Shown here: positions 36,137 to 39,063 of the stretch, piece by piece
Layout: the number at the start of each line of letters is the position of its first letter
How positions within the stretch are numbered: the stretch's first letter is position 1
IMG/VR virus record: IMGVR_UViG_3300029305_011318
Length of the DNA: 39,063 nucleotides
Source of the DNA: a virus
Lineage: Duplodnaviria; Heunggongvirae; Uroviricota; Caudoviricetes
Reading direction: 5' to 3' (one strand)
Program-made: the position numbers and the translations under genes
The notes under the pieces: generated by a model
The model's input: only the letters and a program-made list of their open reading frames with translations
The model's database searches: none
What the model was told of the DNA's origin: nothing

Positions 36137-36475
36137 TTATTGATATTTTGAAATCTCATATATTAGTTTCATATTATGATTTTTTATATCGTTGAAAAAT
36201 ACTTGATTCGGATTTTCAATATAATACGCAAAACGTTCTCCAAAAAAAACTCCATAAATATTTGTTGTTTTTTCTTCAATAACAGTTGTATATGCATCAG
36301 TCATTGCAGAACCGCCCCATCCACCAAAGCCTAATGCGGTGCTTCCCCATGTTTGATTAAACATAGTAAAATTAAAAGATGGTGCAATATGATTTCGTTC
36401 AAATATAGGCGTGCCTTTAATTATATTCCAAAAACGTTCTTGCAATAAAGGTAAACATGGTAATGTTGTTTTCAT
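36137..36475 (-). CDS. Hypothetical protein
   Basis: 112-aa ORF with RBS GGAGGA and an FGGWGGSAMT segment. Confidence 0.7.
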   Translation of the reverse strand: MKTTLPCLPLLQERFWNIIKGTPIFERNHIAPSFNFTMFNQTWGSTALGFGGWGGSAMTDAYTTVIEEKTTNIYGVFFGERFAYYIENPNQVFFNDIKNHNMKLIYEISKYQ

Positions 36476-36520
36476 TTATGAGAAATCCTCCGTGTATTTT
36501 ATTTGTTCATTAATACTTTT

Positions 36521-37237
36521 TTAATTAGCCATTATATTTGAAGGTTCAAGAAATAATTTTTCTGTTTGTAAAAGTAGTTCATTAAAAAATTTATCGTTTA
36601 ATTGATATTTTTTTATATTAAAATATGTTTTAATTTTAGGTTGGCGTTCTGTTATATGTATTTTTTTGATTTTTTCTTTTTGAGGATATGAAAAAAATGT
36701 TTGTAATTCTGGTATAAATAAGGATAATTGTATTACATACCAAATACTTAAAATTTCTATTGTGCGATGTAAAATAGTATTTGTATCTAGTTCTACAATA
36801 AAATGTTTATATCGTTCATTTCCAATTGCTATTGCCACTCCTGGAATTGGATATATTGTGTTTGTTGTTTTATTTAAGGCTAATGGAATAATTAAATGAT
36901 TATTAATACTATCTGTTTGAATGATTGCTCCAACATAAGTTATTTTAGTTGTTGGTATTTCCGGAAAGTGTAATTGTTCAAATAATATTACTCGAATTGT
37001 ATTGTTGCCCGATAAAAAAGATAATGTTAATTGTATATCTTTTAAAGGGTAATTAAAATTCGGTAATGATAAATTATTATCCATGATTGCATTATCTAAA
37101 TGTGAAATAATTATATTTTGAAACAATTCGCCCAATTGATAATACATGGCTTTATCTAATACAAAATTATGTGTTTGTGTAGATAGATGAATTTGATTTA
37201 ATAATATATCAGATTGTTTTTCATTTAAAATTTGCAT
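36521..37237 (-). CDS. Hypothetical protein
   Basis: 238-aa ORF with RBS AAGGA. Confidence 0.7.
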   Translation of the reverse strand: MQILNEKQSDILLNQIHLSTQTHNFVLDKAMYYQLGELFQNIIISHLDNAIMDNNLSLPNFNYPLKDIQLTLSFLSGNNTIRVILFEQLHFPEIPTTKITYVGAIIQTDSINNHLIIPLALNKTTNTIYPIPGVAIAIGNERYKHFIVELDTNTILHRTIEILSIWYVIQLSLFIPELQTFFSYPQKEKIKKIHITERQPKIKTYFNIKKYQLNDKFFNELLLQTEKLFLEPSNIMAN

Positions 37238-37272
37238 AATGGTATCCTTATAATATTATGTATTCTTGTTTT

Positions 37273-37296
37273 TATATGTCAAAAATTTTCTCAAAA
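37273..37296 (-). promoter_or_regulatory. Copy of recurrent 24-bp promoter-like motif
   Basis: Minus strand TTTTGAGAAAATTTTTGACATATA. Confidence 0.68.
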
Positions 37297-37311
37297 CATG
37301 AATATACCCAT

Positions 37312-37518
37312 TCAATCATCAGATTCAATGGGTATATATTCTTTCAACGCTTGTTTACTTGCTTCTTCCATTTTTAATTGTTGATACATTCGATTATTTT
37401 TACATCGTTCACAACTTCCATGATTACGACAAGTACAATCAATTGCTTTTGTTCCGGTATATGGTTTTCGATGTTCTTTTTTATATTGAATGGCTTTATC
37501 AAGGCTCATAATCTTCAC
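37312..37518 (-). CDS. Small Cys/His-containing hypothetical protein
   Basis: SLDKAIQ..KEHRKPY...AIDCTCRNHGSCERC; an AGGAG RBS is present upstream. Confidence 0.7.
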   Translation of the reverse strand: MKIMSLDKAIQYKKEHRKPYTGTKAIDCTCRNHGSCERCKNNRMYQQLKMEEASKQALKEYIPIESDD

Positions 37519-37607
37519 TCCTATTTTATTTTAGTTTCAATTATGGATATATATATTATTTAATTAAATTCCATAATTACCTTCAAAACGGTCTTAAAAT
37601 GAAAATT

Positions 37608-37912
37608 TTAACAATAATTTTTAGGATAATGGACACCACATTCTTTACATCCATCCCACAATAGGCTATCTTGTTCCTTGTCTATCATTCCTAAATAATC
37701 ACATTTCCATATTTCTTTCATGCAATTTGTACTGCCACCAGTCCAACACTCATGTTTACAAGTGTCTGCACAACTACATTTTTCAACCGGATTATTGAAA
37801 TTTTTTTTAGATTTCTATGAAGATAAATAGTGCCTAGAAAATGTCTCCATTTGCAATTTCCACAATACATTGTGTTTTTGGGAATATACTTTTTCATTGC
37901 TCTTTTCTTCAT
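37608..37912 (-). pseudogene. Cys-rich small protein split by a -1 frameshift in an A8 tract (37801-37808)
   Basis: Frame 0 gives IPKNTMYCGNCKW...; the -1 frame continues ...CDYLGMIDKEQDSLLWDGCKECG..YC to a stop at 37608. Confidence 0.62.
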
Positions 37913-38033
37913 ATCACACCTCCAAAACTACAATAGACCCGATGATTTATCAGATAAATCTGTTTGCTAACATAATTAAATGGTATTGGACCTTATTTCT
38001 ATCCATTTGTTCTCTTATGGAATCCCTTTATAT

Positions 38034-38412
38034 TTACTTATTCTCTTTCTCTAACTTATTCCAGTTATACCAACCATAGATACAATTGATAGTCCAAGCT
38101 ATGTACATTGCAACCATTGACCAATTTCCTGCTACAAACCACATTTTTAAACAAAGAACATCAATTACTAACCACCAAATCCACTGTTCTCTATATCTTT
38201 TAACCATTAAAATTTGTGCAAATATCGCAAGAATATTAGTGGCTGCATCTGTATATGCCTGATGACTTCCGATTGTGGTGAGCCAATAACCCATAGCAAT
38301 TGTACAAATTGCAGTTCCAAGAATGGACAATACCCACATCTTAGATGTAAACTTCAATGCTTCTACATGAGCAGAATCTTTATCATTTATTTTTTGTTTT
38401 TTATGTATAAAC
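38034..38412 (-). pseudogene. pnuC: 5'-truncated nicotinamide riboside transporter PnuC
   Basis: Only the C-terminal helices remain (DAATNILAIFAQILMVKRYREQWIWWLVID...GWYNW). The N-terminal half is absent and the fragment abuts the sir2 stop codon. Confidence 0.75.
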
Positions 38413-39063
38413 CTAATTTTTAAAAGCATTTTCAATTTCAGTGAAAACGTTTCCTAATGAATCACAAATAAATAAATCGTTGTCCGGATGTAATAATACT
38501 TTTATTTCTTCTTTATTAATAACGACTAAATGTTCTCCGGCAAAATCATAAATAAATGTAGATGCTGGATATACTTGTAAAAATGTTCCTGCTACAATTA
38601 ATAAATCTGCGTTGGCAATTGCTTCTCTTGCTTTATTGACTGCTTTGTCTGGTAATTGTTCTCCATATAAAACAACATCCGGTCTAATTAATCCACCACA
38701 TTCACATTTAGGAATAGATTCTTTTGTGTTAAATAAAAAATCTGTATGGTATTCCATTTTGCACTTGTGACAATAATTTTTATCAGTAGTCCCATGAATC
38801 TCATAAACTGTTTTACTACCAGCTTTTTGATGTAATCCATCAATATTCTGTGTGACTATTGCTTTTAATTTACCCATCTCTTCTAATTTAGCAAGAACTG
38901 TATGTGCAATGTTGGGTTTAAAATTTCTAGTATCCATTTTCTGTCTATAAAATTCATAGAATACTTTTGGATTGTTATACAAACAATCTTTACTAAGTAA
39001 ATATTCCGGATTATATTTATCAAATTTAATGTCATGTTGATTATATAACCCATTTTTACTTCT
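38413..39063 (-). CDS. cobB: Sir2/CobB NAD-dependent deacylase (5' end outside the window)
   Basis: RSKNGLY, PNIAH, VTQNIDGLHQKAGS, EIHG, two CxxC-type Zn pairs and RPDVVLYGE. The frame is open to the window edge. Confidence 0.9.
   Translation of the reverse strand, partial: RSKNGLYNQHDIKFDKYNPEYLLSKDCLYNNPKVFYEFYRQKMDTRNFKPNIAHTVLAKLEEMGKLKAIVTQNIDGLHQKAGSKTVYEIHGTTDKNYCHKCKMEYHTDFLFNTKESIPKCECGGLIRPDVVLYGEQLPDKAVNKAREAIANADLLIVAGTFLQVYPASTFIYDFAGEHLVVINKEEIKVLLHPDNDLFICDSLGNVFTEIENAFKN

Noticed and set aside
283-38423. Numerous 60-110-aa plus-strand or alternate-frame ORFs in the track (for example 283-507, 779-1084, 2836-3027, 12975-13241, 34847-35361, 38214-38423)
   Set aside because: They are antisense or out-of-frame shadows of well-supported genes, with no RBS or recognisable motifs.
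1-39063. Stop-codon reassignment or suppressor tRNAs
   Set aside because: Long ORFs are intact under code 11, and no CTA, TTA or TCA anticodon was found.
1-39063. CRISPR array or IS element
   Set aside because: No regularly spaced direct repeats and no transposase were seen. The recurrent 24-bp motif is dispersed and tied to gene starts.

Overview
This is a very AT-rich, almost entirely minus-strand window that looks like part of a large mobile or extrachromosomal element (megaplasmid, ICE or jumbo-phage-like) of a gut Bacillota host. The host assignment is inference. Recognisable proteins are a MOBV/Pre relaxase, a class B sortase with a Listeria-Bacteroides-repeat surface protein, a frameshifted RecJ, an HNH protein, a UvrD/PcrA helicase with an N-terminal Cas4/AddB-like domain, a HEPN protein, two HipA-like kinases, an intein-containing NrdD, and Sir2 beside a truncated PnuC. 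A dispersed array at 19.8-27.9 kb holds 21 intact-looking tRNA genes and 2 defective ones, none with an encoded CCA. The main finding is a set of six micro-ORFs (13-41 aa), all too short for the supplied ORF track. Each has a good RBS, lies directly upstream of tRNA genes, and uses the codons read by those tRNAs. Two of them are operon leaders followed by terminator hairpins with candidate antiterminator pairing. The other four end at, inside or within 6 nt of the 5' end of their cognate tRNA (Phe, Leu, Ile-UAU, Lys). Five of the six have an early CGA codon followed immediately by a codon for the downstream tRNA's amino acid. This suggests ribosome-mediated, codon-sensing control of tRNA expression or maturation. 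A 24-bp non-canonical promoter-like motif recurs 13 times. All calls were made by eye, with no database searches or folding programs.
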